NCBI GenBank assembly: GCA_011109175.1
Contig: RDEW01000034.1
Location: 424,556 to 457,555, forward strand
Direction: 5' to 3'
DNA from: Dicyema japonicum
Taxonomy: Eukaryota > Animalia > Dicyemida
Length of the DNA stretch: 33,000 nucleotides
The translations under genes and the position numbers were made by a program. Below are positions 1-12,250 of this stretch, piece by piece. The notes beneath the pieces were generated by a model that ran no database searches, was not told the DNA's origin, and saw only the letters and a list, made by a program, of their open reading frames with translations. Position 1 is the stretch's first letter. Each line of letters opens with the position of its first letter.

Positions 1-384
1 ATTGCAATTTTTATTTTAAAAATTGCAAATAAAAATTTTTTTTAATTGTAAATAATTGCAGTGTAGAAAAATTAACGAAATTATTTATTGTAATACGAAA
101 TTAAATATTCCTAAACATTTTCAGGTTTAATGTTTCGATCTTTAGTAATAATTTTCGTAAAAAGGGAACAAAATCCGAGGGGATCTCCCTTTCAACTGAG
201 GCTGAGCTACCGCGACAATTTCGAAGGTATGAGTAAATTTCTGGCGAAAGATTTTTATTTGAGTAATCAAGAATACTTAGTATCCCAGATTTTTTAAGCT
301 TTTTTGATATATAAATTTTATATTGCTACTAAAATAGCCTCCAGACATTCTATTCCACTCGTCACAAAATTTTTACAACTTCCT

Positions 385-1726
385 CAAGTAGGCCTCGGTA
401 TGCGCTTGGGATGCGATGCCGCTGTCCATTCAGTGAGGACATTATAAACCGCAGTATAGAAGATGCCCGGGGACATGTTCTGGTCAAACTGGACATCAAG
501 AACGCATTCAATAGTTTAAGGAGGACAATATCCTGGAGGTGTGTTAAGAGATGCCCTAATATTTTCGAATTTGTGAATCAGTCATACAGCCTATCTTCAA
601 CCTTACTTTTCGGGGACTACCTAATCCATTCGTATTCTGGATTGCAACAGGGAGATCCCCTTGGATTCTTATTGTTTTGTCTTGCAAAAGAGAAAATCAC
701 CAAACTTCCGTGCTCGCCCTCAACCTATGGTATCTGGATGATGCGGTCCTCGGAGGACCCCGGATACTGTTTTTCGGAATTTGGAAGTGATATTTTCAGC
801 ACTGTTGAAAGCAGGACTGGAATTAAATTACACGAAATGCGAAATCTACAATTGTGGACTTTCAGAAGAGAAGTATTCAAAAGCTTTGTCATGTTTCGGA
901 AATTTACTCCCTGGAAGTATTTCTACACCCGATGAAGAACTTATATTCCTCGGATCCCCAATCACCATAAATGCAATGGGAAGAGCTATACGTGAAAAAC
1001 GACTGTTACTCGGAGAAACTCTTGACCGCTTGTGTCTACTTGACATGCATACAGCATTATTCCTCCTGAAAACAGTTCAACGTACAGAGGTTTGCACAAG
1101 TCCTGAGGACTGCTCCCTATTTCACCCTGTATGACCAACTCGCACAGATTAACGAGATTTTCCGTACTACAGCAGAATGTATCTTTCAACGTCCGGTTCG
1201 AGGATTACTCATGGAAGCAAGCCACGCTGCCAGTGAGACTCGGAGGACTTGGAATTCAAACCTCTGTGGACCTTTCTCTCCCTTCATAACTATCATCGCT
1301 AGTGGCCTGTAACTCATGTCATAAAGATTCTACACTCTTACTGAATTCTCTATTGACAAGGACGCCGGCCATGCTTGTGAGGTCTGGAGCTGAACTTATC
1401 AGCTTTCTCTACCTTCCTCGTACTCTCGGCGGGCTTGAACGATGCTATATGTTGGAATTCTTCCAAAGATTTGCTTGTCATCTAGCCAACATCGCCGTGC
1501 CTGATTGTTTTCGGGGGCGTCTTCCGAGAACGGTGCCTGGCTCAACGTCATTCCCAATGGAGTTCTGGGTACTTCCTGGATGATGAATGCATCCGTATTG
1601 GGATCTCATTGCGACTGGGATTAAAAGTCTGTGTTCCACATCCGTGCCTATGAGGGACAAGATCGACTGTTTTGGCCTCCACCCTCTCTTATGCAAAAAG
1701 AGTGCAGGCAGATTTTCCAGACACAT
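385..1726 (+). mobile_element. Degenerate CRE-like (RLE-type) non-LTR retrotransposon, RT through zinc-knuckle region
   Basis: Frameshifted motifs QVGLGMRLGCDAAVHSVR, LVKLDIKNAFNSL, GLQQGDPLG, WYLDD (~728), QATLPVRLGGLG (~1220), GAWLNVIP, and PHPC..KIDCFGLHPLLCKKSAGRFSRH. The 3' part is colinear with the minus-strand copy at 28555-29545. Confidence 0.85.
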
Positions 1727-1918
1727 GTTAACATATTATATGCGGCCATAATTGTAACTTAATCATGAAAAATATGTAGTACCGATCTTTAGCATATATT
1801 AGTTATTCTGAAGACTTGTCAAAATTAATGTGTCAATTTAATTTAGTTATGTGTTGAAAATTTATAACTGGAGACTTTCGTGATTCTAACAAATTTGATT
1901 CGTTATATTTTCTTCTAG

Positions 1919-2505
1919 GTATTTAAAATATATTTTGTTAGACGAAAATGTAAAGAATATGAATTTATTTCTCGATAATTTATTATTTTTTTGAAACATA
2001 TTGCAAATCTACACTCGATCGCGAAGTTATACTAATTCCCTTTATTAAAATATAGAAAATATAGCTAAATGCTCTAACTCTAAACATTTAATATGGGTGT
2101 ATGATCTAATAAATTTTATATTGTAATTTTGTTGTTATTTAAAAGGTACATGGATTATCCTTACCTTGATAATTTTATAAATTATACCATTTTAAGATAT
2201 ATCTGCCAGATATTAAGTGATCCTAATGATATTTTGCCTATATTTTTGAATTCTGATTTTAGCGATTTGAATCCACGCGATCCTATACTAGATAAAATTG
2301 TACAGTTTATAAAAAATAATCTTTCTGAAATCGACGATTTATTACGATAAGTAGTTATTTCTTATTTTCTATCTTAAGATCGATGAAGTCAACGATAAAT
2401 TTATTGAATGCAACCACAGATGAACGAATTTGGCTTTGGGCTGTGTGGGAATGCGCTAATCTAGCAGAGATTTATCGTTATTTTTTTATTTTTTAAAATA
2501 GCATG
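1919..2505 (+). pseudogene. Possible host gene fragment of unknown product with micro-introns; frame appears disrupted
   Basis: GT-AG candidates at 1919-1941 (23 nt), 2123-2145 (23 nt) and 2351-2378 (28 nt). Splicing 2123-2145 joins NIAKCSNSKHLIWVYDLINFIL to YMDYPYLDNF..., but stops and frameshifts remain at ~1990 and ~2348. No family recognised. Confidence 0.3.
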
Positions 2506-2621
2506 TTAATATGTGGACATTTTCATTTCTCATAACATTATTATGAAAATTGAGAATATCTGTTTACTATCCAATATGAAAGAGATCCATTATTATGCTA
2601 AAATTTTTTGAATAAATTACA

Positions 2622-3310
2622 ATAACAACAACAACAACGATTTATTGACAAAAGAGTTAAGGAGATTTCTGAGGGTATTACATCTGAGTTTCTATTATAA
2701 GGCTTGGACTCCACACCTGGACCCTTCCTCCTTTTTTTTATTATTAATCTTTTTCGGAACGTTTCTCCCAGCTTTTTAATCTTTATTCTCCCAGCTTTAT
2801 GTATGTGTCCTGGACCTTTGATCTCCTCCTGAAACCATTGATCCGATCCTCCACAATCTTGATAATCGGTTCCAGGAGCTTGTTTTCGTCCTCGTTTAGA
2901 CAGTCTTTCAGTTTCTTGTTTAAGGAGAACTTAATATCAGCTCATCTAGTTTTCTCTAGGAGGATAAGATCTTGTCCTCTTCGAGAGAAGAACCACCCCT
3001 CGCACCCATAAAGTAGGCTAGGGAGAATAAATCCCTTGAGGATAAACAATTATGTATCACAGCTAACGTGTAACTTTCGTGTACATAGGAGCGACTGAAA
3101 GGCTATCTTTCTTCTCCCCTTTATGTCGTCCATGTAATCTCCTGCGTGTCCATAGTCGACCCCAGTTAGCGCAGACTGAGTGAATTGTTTACTCCCAGTG
3201 TGTATTCTTGTTTCAGGTACTTTTTCAAACTCTTATTCGGAGTGCGCAAGATTTTTCAGCAGAGAGCTTTAGCCCTCTCAAGTTGCACCAATGCTCAATC
3301 TGGTCGACAT
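2622..3310 (-). mobile_element. Degenerate LINE 3' remnant
   Basis: Minus-strand FILPSLLYGCEGW resembles the post-RT LINE motif. The (AAC)n run at 2624-2638 sits where a 3' tail would be. Confidence 0.55.
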
Positions 3311-3454
3311 ACAAATTACAATATTGTTATTTATAATTTAGAGTTATATTAATCATCAGTAAAGTTAATAAATATTTAATGATCCCTTTAGTAATAATAA
3401 TACTTTAATAAAAATAATACTAATATTAAAATTTTTATCTGGAATATGGAAGAC

Positions 3455-3855
3455 AGGTACACCCACCCAGTCTTGATGACCATTTACAAACAATACATCG
3501 AACCATGCTTCTCGTACGCGTGTGCTTCGTGGGGACCTTCATTATCATGGACGAACACTAAGAAAATGAGGACGTTCAAAAGAAGGCTTTCAGAATGACC
3601 GAGCGGTGGTCTTGTGGAGACACAGAACCGGACCGACTACTCTGGAGGCCCTCATTAAACAAAACTCCGCATTCGAAGGTGGCCCTGCAAATACAGTCAG
3701 CCACCCTGTAAGAGCTTGTGTGAGTACGAGGAGGAGCACCTGGAAAGAATGAGGATTTTGGCGGAGCGCATCGGGATCACGTAATAGTTAGTTTTGGTTT
3801 TACCGTAATTTTGGGTGTTAAATAAATAAAATAAATAAAAATAAATAAATTAAAT
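3455..3855 (+). mobile_element. 5'-truncated APE-RT LINE 3' end, related to the element at 21574-24401
   Basis: VLMTIYKQYIEPCFSYACASWGPSLS resembles ILATIYKQFIRPTMTYASPSW at ~23980. It ends GGGATCAC.TAA like the related copies and has an A-rich tail at 3820-3850. Confidence 0.7.
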
Positions 3856-3999
3856 ATTTGAATTTTGTGTACCTGCATGTTTGTTTCTAATAGCACGATT
3901 TTTTCCTTACTGGTCTTCATACATGGATCATCTATCTTCCTTCTGATTCCGTTCTAAAACATTCTTATGTTTATTAGGAACCACTTTGAATTTTTGACA

Positions 4000-4450
4000 A
4001 ATTGCAAAACGCCTGGAGATCTCGAGATTTCAGAGACTGAGCCATCTTATTCAAGAGAGAAAACAACACACGATGGGAGATCCACTAAACCATCAGAATC
4101 CTTCAAAACTTGAATTTACATCAATCTGTTAAAAAGATTGGACAATCATCTTCTCTTCTATGCCATCTTGCTTTCTTGGAAACCAGAAGACTTGCTCACC
4201 TCTGACAGAAAAGATATTGCTCAACTTTCCGTATTTGTACGAGGGATAACTGAAACATTCCAAATTTTTGAAGAATTTGTCAGTCATTCTAATGATGAGT
4301 ACAGTGACAGAAATCGATAACTTAGCATCTAAATGACCTAAAATTTGAAACTGCAGGGAAGTAATCAATTTGTACATCAAATGTAAGCCCCAATCACTGC
4401 TTTTAGAAAGAAATTAGATTTGTGGGAATTACAGTTAAAAAAGGGAATAT
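4000..4450 (+). mobile_element. hAT transposase fragment (Buster/GTF2IRD2/ZBED5-like), degenerate
   Basis: NLKLQGSNQFVHQM*APITAFRKKLDLWELQLKKG at 4342-4446 matches the LN.LQG...I.AF..KL.LW region of Buster-type transposases. Confidence 0.65.
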
Positions 4451-4459
4451 GATATGAGC

Positions 4460-4916
4460 AATTGGTCATATAGCGGCTGCCTTGATTGCGTGACTATTCC
4501 TTCTCAGGATGGCTAGCGAGATTCGCTTAAATAACCAGTAGCGCTCACGGCTCTCATGATCGTGTAGAATCCGATTCCCTAGAATACCCAAGAATTCTAG
4601 GGCGACTATGTGTCAACGCGATTGCAACGAATCAAAAATCTTTGGGTAGGACTTGTAGTTTGCCAGTTTAAACCTCTCGGCCCTCTCAGCAGCAGAACAG
4701 GTTTCATGGCATTCTGGAGTCAGTTACAAGAGGCAAGCGTGTCGGTGCAGAATTCAAGAGGGAAGATTGGCATCCCATCTGGTCGCTTTCCGTCACACCT
4801 GCAAAAGCTGACAGGTTCGAGCATGAGCAATATCTTTCTGTCAGAGGTGAGCAAGTCTTCTGGGGTGTCCGCGGCGTCCAAAGCTCATCTAACGACTTCG
4901 TACAAGGCTATGTGTC
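4460..4916 (-). mobile_element. CRE-like retrotransposon 3' part (RLE domain)
   Basis: Minus strand reads RHIALYEVV, CRCDGKRPDGM and RERYWLFKRISLAILRRNSHAI. Nucleotide similarity to 28575-29020. Confidence 0.8.
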
Positions 4917-5961
4917 GTCCATCTGGATCTATGGAATATGGAGGAAAACATTCAGTTCTTAAAGTTGTGAGAATCCCTCCAAGGAATAGATTGGGGAGAA
5001 AGAATTATTAATCGACTATGAATGCTTTAATTAAAACTAGTGAAATTCATCATACCATATTCATTACCAGGAATATGAGACAGTCTGGGAGCTTGAATGG
5101 AAGAGTTATCCAACAACATAGGAGTGAATCTACTATTCGTGTGCCTGTCATATCTACCACACTTTAAAGTCTAAACAACCCAAAGAAACAGGATATTGAT
5201 CCCTTCAAAGCTCCTTTCAAGTTTTTAAAATTTAAATTTGCTTACGTTGAATCTCTTTCAGAAAATATAGAAATAGCGTTGGTTTGGACTTATTACGCCT
5301 AAATTTGTCAATTTAACCAAAAGTCAGGTGATCCTAACCTCTCTCAGAATCACCCCAACTTTTCTAGTTGTTTTTCTAGGAACCGACACAATGCCTTAAA
5401 TTCATTTTATGGGTGATTTTTTCACATTTGGAATTTGTCACTCTACTTCCTCACGATGTCCTCAAAGACGCAACTTTAGTAACTCAAACCTACTTTAACT
5501 AGCAATAATTTATTTTATTCGTTATATTTCACATATATTTTTGTAATTAAAAACACAAATCTATCAAAAATGATCCCCACCGACATGATCGACTCTGCGT
5601 AGTCTCTCACGATCGCAAACGACATCAACTTGAGAAGCCACCGAATTCCACGTGTATCTGGTTATTAGAGTAGCCAGGCTTTTTAGTATAGTTTTTATTT
5701 ACTAAAAAACTAAGAATCGCCGACAAATTAAAAGGGAATAAAGTACAGTTATCCTCATCCTTTCTTCCCACAATAATGGCTGAATTTATTTATTTGATAA
5801 CTCAGTTATGTCGGCCTTCATTTTTAACAAGCAATCTTAATTGACCCTCTTACAAAAGAACCACATTAAGGCTGATTGTTAACTGTGGTACCCTAAACAA
5901 ACCATGTGCATCATTTACTAAAGGAAACTTACTAAGTGGACTAAAACAAATCTATCAAGAC

Positions 5962-6569
5962 ATTATTATTATTATTAAAGCACTTTCACGAAAGCCATAA
6001 TGATTATAGCCCCGCATGTGCAACACTCAAAGAAACAATATTTATAGTTAGTCTTTTCTATTTTCCTCTGTCGAATGCGAGTGATCTCAATTCGTCCAGG
6101 TCGTCTCCCGTCTTTAAATTTTTTCTCACACGATTTAAGTCTTTGTTTAGGGCTGTCGGAAGTGTCGATCTAGGTCGTCCGCGGAAGGGTTTTTCGCATC
6201 TGTCAAAGTAATCTTCCATCGCTTTGTTAGCGGGTGCGTCCGGGTTCATTCTTAGTACATGCCCAAATAGCCTCCACCGGGCATCTATCACATCCTTGCT
6301 GATGTTAAGAAACACATACACTTGTTGTAGATACCAGTGGTTGTATTCTACGTGGCCCACTCCATTCCGAGTAAGCTTCTTAGTTGCCTTCTATGGAACG
6401 AATCCAGTTTCAATAGTTCGTTGAAGGAACTTCCCCATGTCCCAGCGTTATACAGTAGGATCGGTTTCACAAACGCGTTGTAAAGCCTGCATCTGATGTC
6501 AATTCCAAGTCCTTTGGCCCTTAGCCATCCTTTCTTCAGTTTAGCCATTGCCGCATTTGCCAGTGTTTT
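5962..6569 (-). mobile_element. RTE-like LINE 3' end running into the gap
   Basis: RLYNAFVKPILLYNAGTW, LDSFHRRQLRSLLG, RWRLFGHVLRM and RGRPRSTLP motifs with a (TAA)n tail at 5962-5976. Near-identical to 8423-9000. Confidence 0.85.
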
Positions 6570-7035
6570 NNNNNNNNNNNNNNNNNNNNNNNNNNNNNNN
6601 NNNNNNNNNNNNNNNNNNNNNNNNNNNNNNNNNNNNNNNNNNNNNNNNNNNNNNNNNNNNNNNNNNNNNNNNNNNNNNNNNNNNNNNNNNNNNNNNNNNN
6701 NNNNNNNNNNNNNNNNNNNNNNNNNNNNNNNNNNNNNNNNNNNNNNNNNNNNNNNNNNNNNNNNNNNNNNNNNNNNNNNNNNNNNNNNNNNNNNNNNNNN
6801 NNNNNNNNNNNNNNNNNNNNNNNNNNNNNNNNNNNNNNNNNNNNNNNNNNNNNNNNNNNNNNNNNNNNNNNNNNNNNNNNNNNNNNNNNNNNNNNNNNNN
6901 NNNNNNNNNNNNNNNNNNNNNNNNNNNNNNNNNNNNNNNNNNNNNNNNNNNNNNNNNNNNNNNNNNNNNNNNNNNNNNNNNNNNNNNNNNNNNNNNNNNN
7001 NNNNNNNNNNNNNNNNNNNNNNNNNNNNNNNNNNN
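6570..7035. other. Assembly gap (466 N)
   Basis: Run of N. Confidence 1.
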
Positions 7036-7194
7036 CGGTAAAAGTCGCTAATTTGGTAGACTCTCAGCTGGTGTTTACCATTTTCTTTTTAATCAACTGA
7101 TCCTCATATATGTCAAATACATGACATATGATATGAGTCTGTGTTTTTCAGTTTTTATTTTTATGACTTTCAAATAAGTAACAAGGCTCTCTTA

Positions 7195-7350
7195 CATACT
7201 CCAATTCTGATGACAGCAGTCACACCAAAATCACCTTACTTTATGACAAGGCTGAACAATTCAGTTGAATCAGTTTTTAGAGATTTTTTGGACATTAACA
7301 GTGACACAACCTCTTGAGTATATATCATCTCGGTGGACACATATCTTTCT
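7195..7350 (-). pseudogene. Possible decayed protein-kinase fragment (subdomains VIb-VII)
   Basis: Minus strand reads RKICVHRD, then after a frameshift LLMSKK...LVIK*GDFGVTA. HRD and DFG are in the right order and roughly the right spacing. Confidence 0.35.
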
Positions 7351-7732
7351 GATTTATTTATTTATTAACCCCGGATACACCGAGAAAGAAGTTAAAGTAA
7401 ACAACTAATTAAGTGTATCCAGTTTCCACTTCTACAGAAACAGAGTCCATCCGGAATCAGCATAAAAGGTAAGACGTCCATTACATGCAGTTGTGGAAAC
7501 CCCTCCAGTGGAGTGAGGAAGAGCAAATGATCCTTTTTCGTGCCAGCTTGGCACTGGGCATCACCTAGACAGGTGGATCACATGACGCCACTCTATTAGG
7601 AAGAGAGAGGAGGAACAGACAAGCAAGCGGAAAACTTCAACCAATTAACTTTCTGATATGAATTTTGACCCTAAATTTTGAGTTTTACATAAAGTTAGAA
7701 ATTTTATCGAAAATAAAAGATTATTTTATTAC

Positions 7733-8270
7733 AAATGCCCTCTCGTGTCTAAGAAGTGCAGGAAAATTCCCAAGACACAAAGCGATAAACGGAATTGTCA
7801 AGCGAGCCCTGGAGTTAGCGGGATATTCTGCCATACTTGAACCTGTTGTCCTGGACAGAGGAGACGGAGAACTTCCTGACGGATCACAATTTTCCCATTC
7901 GAAGAGGGGAAACTTTTGGTGTGGGATGCTACTTGTGTCGACCCACTTTTCCCATCCAACATTGTCGGGAGTGTGGTAGACACACTGTATGCCGGCTGAA
8001 AAAAACAATGAATGCAAAAGAGAAAAAATATGAAACATTGCACGATCGTTCACTTTCTATCCAATTGTGGTCAAGACAACTGGAGGAATAAGTGGAAAAT
8101 CGAAACTTGGACACCTAGCTACAATAAAAAGCCACGACACACTCGAGACCGATGGCTTCTCCAGTTGATTTCAGTTGCAAACATGAGAAGAAACGCAACG
8201 TCGATAATGTCCACTTTGGATGGTTGATTGCTAAAGTTTGTCAAACTATTATTACAAACAAATAAGTTTT
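7733..8270 (+). mobile_element. CRE-like retrotransposon 3' fragment
   Basis: ALSCLRSAGKFPRHKAINGIVKRALELAGYSAILEP..GDGELPDG, VWDATCVD and RDRWLLQLISVANMRRNATSI. Confidence 0.8.
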
Positions 8271-8289
8271 ATTAATTACATTTATTTAT

Positions 8290-10340
8290 AGAATCACGAA
8301 AATCAATTGTAATTAATTAACACTAAGAAAGCTGAATTCTTCATTGTCTTTTCCAAATAATTCTTTTTTTTGATATTCCTTTATATTGTCAGTGTTCAAG
8401 TTAGATAGGTCACATTGTATTTATTATTATTATGGTACTTTCACGAAAGCCATAATGCCCCGCATGTGCAACACTCAAAGAAACAATATTTATAGTTAAT
8501 CTCTTCCATCTTCCTCTGCCGAATGCGAGTGATCTCAATTCGTTCAGGTCGTCACCCATCTTTAGATTTTTTTAAATCTTTGTTTAGGGAAGTCGGAAGT
8601 GTCGATCTAGGGAGTCCGCGGAAGGGTTTGTCACAACTGTCAAAGTAATCTTCCATTGCTTTGTTAGCGGTTGCGTCCGGGTTTATTCTTAGTACATGCC
8701 CAAATAGCCTCCACCGGCCATCATTCACATCCTTGCTGATGTAAGAACACATACACTTGTTGTAGATACCAGTGGTGGATATTATACGTGGCCACTACAT
8801 TCCGAGTAAGCTTCTTAGTTGCCTTCTATGGAACGAATCCAGTTTCAATAGTTCGCTGAAGGAACTTCCCCATGTCCCAGCATTGTACAGTAGGATCGAT
8901 TTCACAAACGCGTTGTAAAGCCTGTATCTGATGTCAATTCCAAGTCCTTTGGCTCTTAGCCATCCTTTCTTTAGTTTAGCCATTGCCGCATTTTAAAGTG
9001 TTCTCCTCCTTAGTACATCTTCAGCGTCTCCTACTAGAGAGCCGAGCTTATTAGTACATCTCCATCTTTCATGAGTAATATCGTCTTCTTTTTTGATTTC
9101 CGTATTTTCAGTTTTGTTTACATTTACGCTGAGAAACCATTTCTCAAGCTCCGCAGGTGCATTTTATAGGTGTTAGTACGATCGCGTCTCGTGATTCGAA
9201 ATCCACATCATCCACATAAGATGTCTTTTCTATGTCTCCTATATAGCATTTACGGAGGTCGCGGAGTGCAGATTCAAGGTATATGGTGAATAGTAAAGGG
9301 GAGAGGGTATCACCCTGGGGTGTCCCAATCTTTGTTTTGAAACTGCGGGAATTGCTCCTTCTGTCTTCACAGATAGTCTTGTGTTCGCAAGTAGTAGACT
9401 GATTATCCTAACCGACGATTCATCCAATAATTGCTCAAGCATATTCATCAGTTTCTGTCTGTTTATTGAGTCAAAAGCTCTGGAGAGATCTATTCCCAAC
9501 ACGGTCGTTGCGCTCTTGAATCTTTGGTGCGTTGCACAGCGCCATCTATGGCTCCGTAGACCTCCCTTCTCGGAACCCACTTTGTATTTGAGTGCAATAA
9601 ATCTTGCAATAGTGGTCATATGGGTTTTCCTTTGTTTTAGGACCCGCAATATTCCTGCCCTTCGAAGACACATTGAAGATTTCCTCTACTTTTTACCTCC
9701 AATAGCTTTTTGCTGATTGCTTCTTTGTCAAATTGTCATATGCGCATTGTGCAGCATAAATAATGTCAGTTATTTCATTCATGTCCGTTGGCGGAGATGA
9801 TGACACATAATTTGATATCACTGCATTTAATGTAATAAGAACATGATTATGGATCTTCTGTGTGGCTAGCAACTTATATGGAATCTTCTTGTGGGTTTCC
9901 TTCCATCTCGGGGAACTGATTTAAATCTCTCAACTTGAACATAAAATTCTTTTTTGCATCTTCCATACATAGAAATTTCTGTTTTTGCTAAGTTGTTCTC
10001 CGAGCGTCCTGATCCGATTAAGCATCTCGACTTTTCTGGTCCACGTGGGTCTTTTTAGGCTTTACATTCAATAGTTTTCTAACGCCGAGTACACCTTTAT
10101 GAGTGGAGAAACGAGCATTGAATTGCTGGACAATGAGACTCCATCCACCCCGAGAGATTCTCCCGAATCTCCTTTTCGCAGAGTTGACAACCATTGAGAT
10201 CCACTCGATCCTGTCACCTGATCGAATCTCAGTGATTAATGCTTTAAGGGACAGCAGATGAGCAGGAACATTTCCCACAGGAGATCTTATGCTAGTTCCA
10301 TTGGCATCATGTAGTCCCGAAGACACACTTCTCACTTCTA
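8290..10340 (-). mobile_element. 5' portion of an RLE-type (NeSL/R2-like) retroelement, interrupted by an RTE-like LINE
   Basis: 8350-8422 joined to 9578-9690 reconstitutes the sequence found uninterrupted at ~26295-26460. Minus strand reads EITDIIYAAQCAYDNLTKK...YWR. Family assignment is from remembered resemblance only. Confidence 0.5.
8423..9577 (-). mobile_element. 5'-truncated RTE-like LINE with 12-bp target-site duplication
   Basis: RT motifs VLGIDLSRAFDSINR, GTPQGDTLSP and YVDDVDF. (TAA)n tail at 8421-8432. TSD CAC(A/T)TTGTATTT at 8411-8422 and 9578-9589. Confidence 0.85.
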
Positions 10341-10344
10341 ATTG

Positions 10345-12000
10345 GTTTCTATGTTAAAATGCATCCTGGACCAAATGCTTTAAAGATACTTAGCCTGAAC
10401 ATTAACGGAGTTAGAGGCTAGGCATCCGAACTGAGTTTATATTTGGAGAGTAATAAAATTGATATCTGCCTTTTACAAGAGACCAAGCTTTCTGGGAAAT
10501 CCACTATTCCTAAATTTATCGGTTTAATGTATTGAGAGTCGACCGACAATCGTGACGAGATGAAGGACTATTGACCCTCGTCAGGAGAGGCATTATGTTC
10601 GATAAAACTACTCCATATTCAGGAATATGATAAAAGACGTAAACACAGAAATTATTTGGATTTCGGTACAAACCTCTATCGGAGCTATTAATATAGCCAA
10701 CGTCTCTGTTCACCCTTCAGGTTCCTGTTCAAAAGGATTTTCTATGGATTTGTCTGCCCTAGATATGATGGAAAACTTGTTGATGTCTGGAGAATTTAAT
10801 GCCAAGCATTTTTCGTGGTATGAGAAACAACCTCCAGACACAAGGGGATTTCATATGTTCACCACTGCTTGCTCCGTTTATTTGCTGTTCTGTAAACTAT
10901 GATTTACGAAGCGACCATAATCACATTCTGATCAAGATCAATTGTACACCAATAACGCTGTCAAAACACATCATTTTTTATGACTATATTAATGCTGCTT
11001 GTAAAGGATTCAAAAGATACGTATATTCGTCTTTTTGAATTTCCATACGAAAAATTTCAACTCAATTGATAGAACCGACTATTACTTTAATAAAGTCGTC
11101 TAGCACAATAAAACTAATAAAAAAAGAAATTGTCTCAAACGCAAAAAACAACTAATAAAACATCATACTAACAGAATTCGTTAACTGAACATGAAGATTA
11201 ACGAAAAGACAAAACTTCACCAAAAAACAAAACTGTGCCGAATTTCTAGAGCATGAGAAAATAGTTCACGCACCAAGATGTGGAAAATACTGCAAAATTT
11301 CAAAAACGATGAAAATAATATCGAAAGAGACCGTGAACAGGATGTGGATCTGAATAAATTTATCAAACATTGTGTGAGAATAAGCCACAAGCCATTCCAA
11401 AAGGTGGACATTCCTTCACACAAAAAACCGAAATCGAAAAGGAGAAACCCAACAATGTATGTTCTACCGGGAGATGTCGACATGGAGATCCATCGAACAA
11501 AAACACACATTCCTGTGGACCGGACGGGATCCAGGTTATTCTGATGAAAATAATGGGCACAGTAAGAGTATCAGCATTAACAAGCATCTTCAACGACTCA
11601 ACTCCCTGATTGTGTTCTTGGGAAACCTTAGAGAGAAAAAAGATCTGAGTGGTATGGATGTCATATACAAACAGTTCATCGAGGATACAATAGGATACGC
11701 ATGTTTTATCTGCGGATCTCACCCTTCTGCAACAAATTTGGAAAAGATATGCGACATTCAAATGAAGGCAGCAAATCTACTAAAGAAATATTCCCGTGTG
11801 GAAATCCTGCCTAGAAATTTATAAAATACGATAGAGGCGACTGGATTAGTGCCCATGCGAATGACTCGGGTATGCGGACCGCGTCCATAACGGATATGCT
11901 CACGAACGAAGTCGGAACACCAAGAAAAGATACGGAGACTGTTGAGGGAGGCTGGGATCACCTAAATTTTGTTTATTTTTGAATATGACGGTTGTTTTTT
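10345..12000 (+). mobile_element. Internally deleted, degenerate APE-type LINE (Ingi/Vingi- or Jockey-like)
   Basis: APE motifs LKILSLNINGVRG, IDICLLQETKL, GEFNAKHFSW and SDHNHI. The 3' end GGGATCACCTAA resembles 24326-24337. A 2A-like remnant YVKMHPGP lies at 10350-10373. Confidence 0.75.
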
Positions 12001-12250
12001 TGTTCAATAATAATAATAAAAAGAGCAAAATTTATTTAAAATTATAAAAATCCAATTTTAGCCAAATCCGGTAAAATTTGTGTCTAATTTCCAAAATACT
12101 GAATAAACTGAATCCTACTCAAGACATGATCTACTGCGGTCTCTAACGGTGATTCAAAAGAGTGCTAGTATATGATTTTACTTGATATTTCCGTACACAG
12201 ATTTTTAACCTATTTTTAATTATTTAATGCCTTTGGCGATATTTTATAAA

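Noticed and set aside
5570-5690. GC-richer island with a small hairpin (CTGGTTA...TAGCCAG) ending in a T-run, considered as ncRNA, SINE or ribozyme
   Set aside because: No tRNA cloverleaf, clear A/B boxes or complete pseudoknot could be drawn, and no second copy was seen in the window.
6496-7051. Two long ORFs across 6.5-7.0 kb
   Set aside because: Artefacts of translating the N gap.
7430-7640. GC-richer segment with a short GTGCCA..TGGCAC hairpin
   Set aside because: Probably a TE untranslated remnant, but no diagnostic motif or boundary supports a call.
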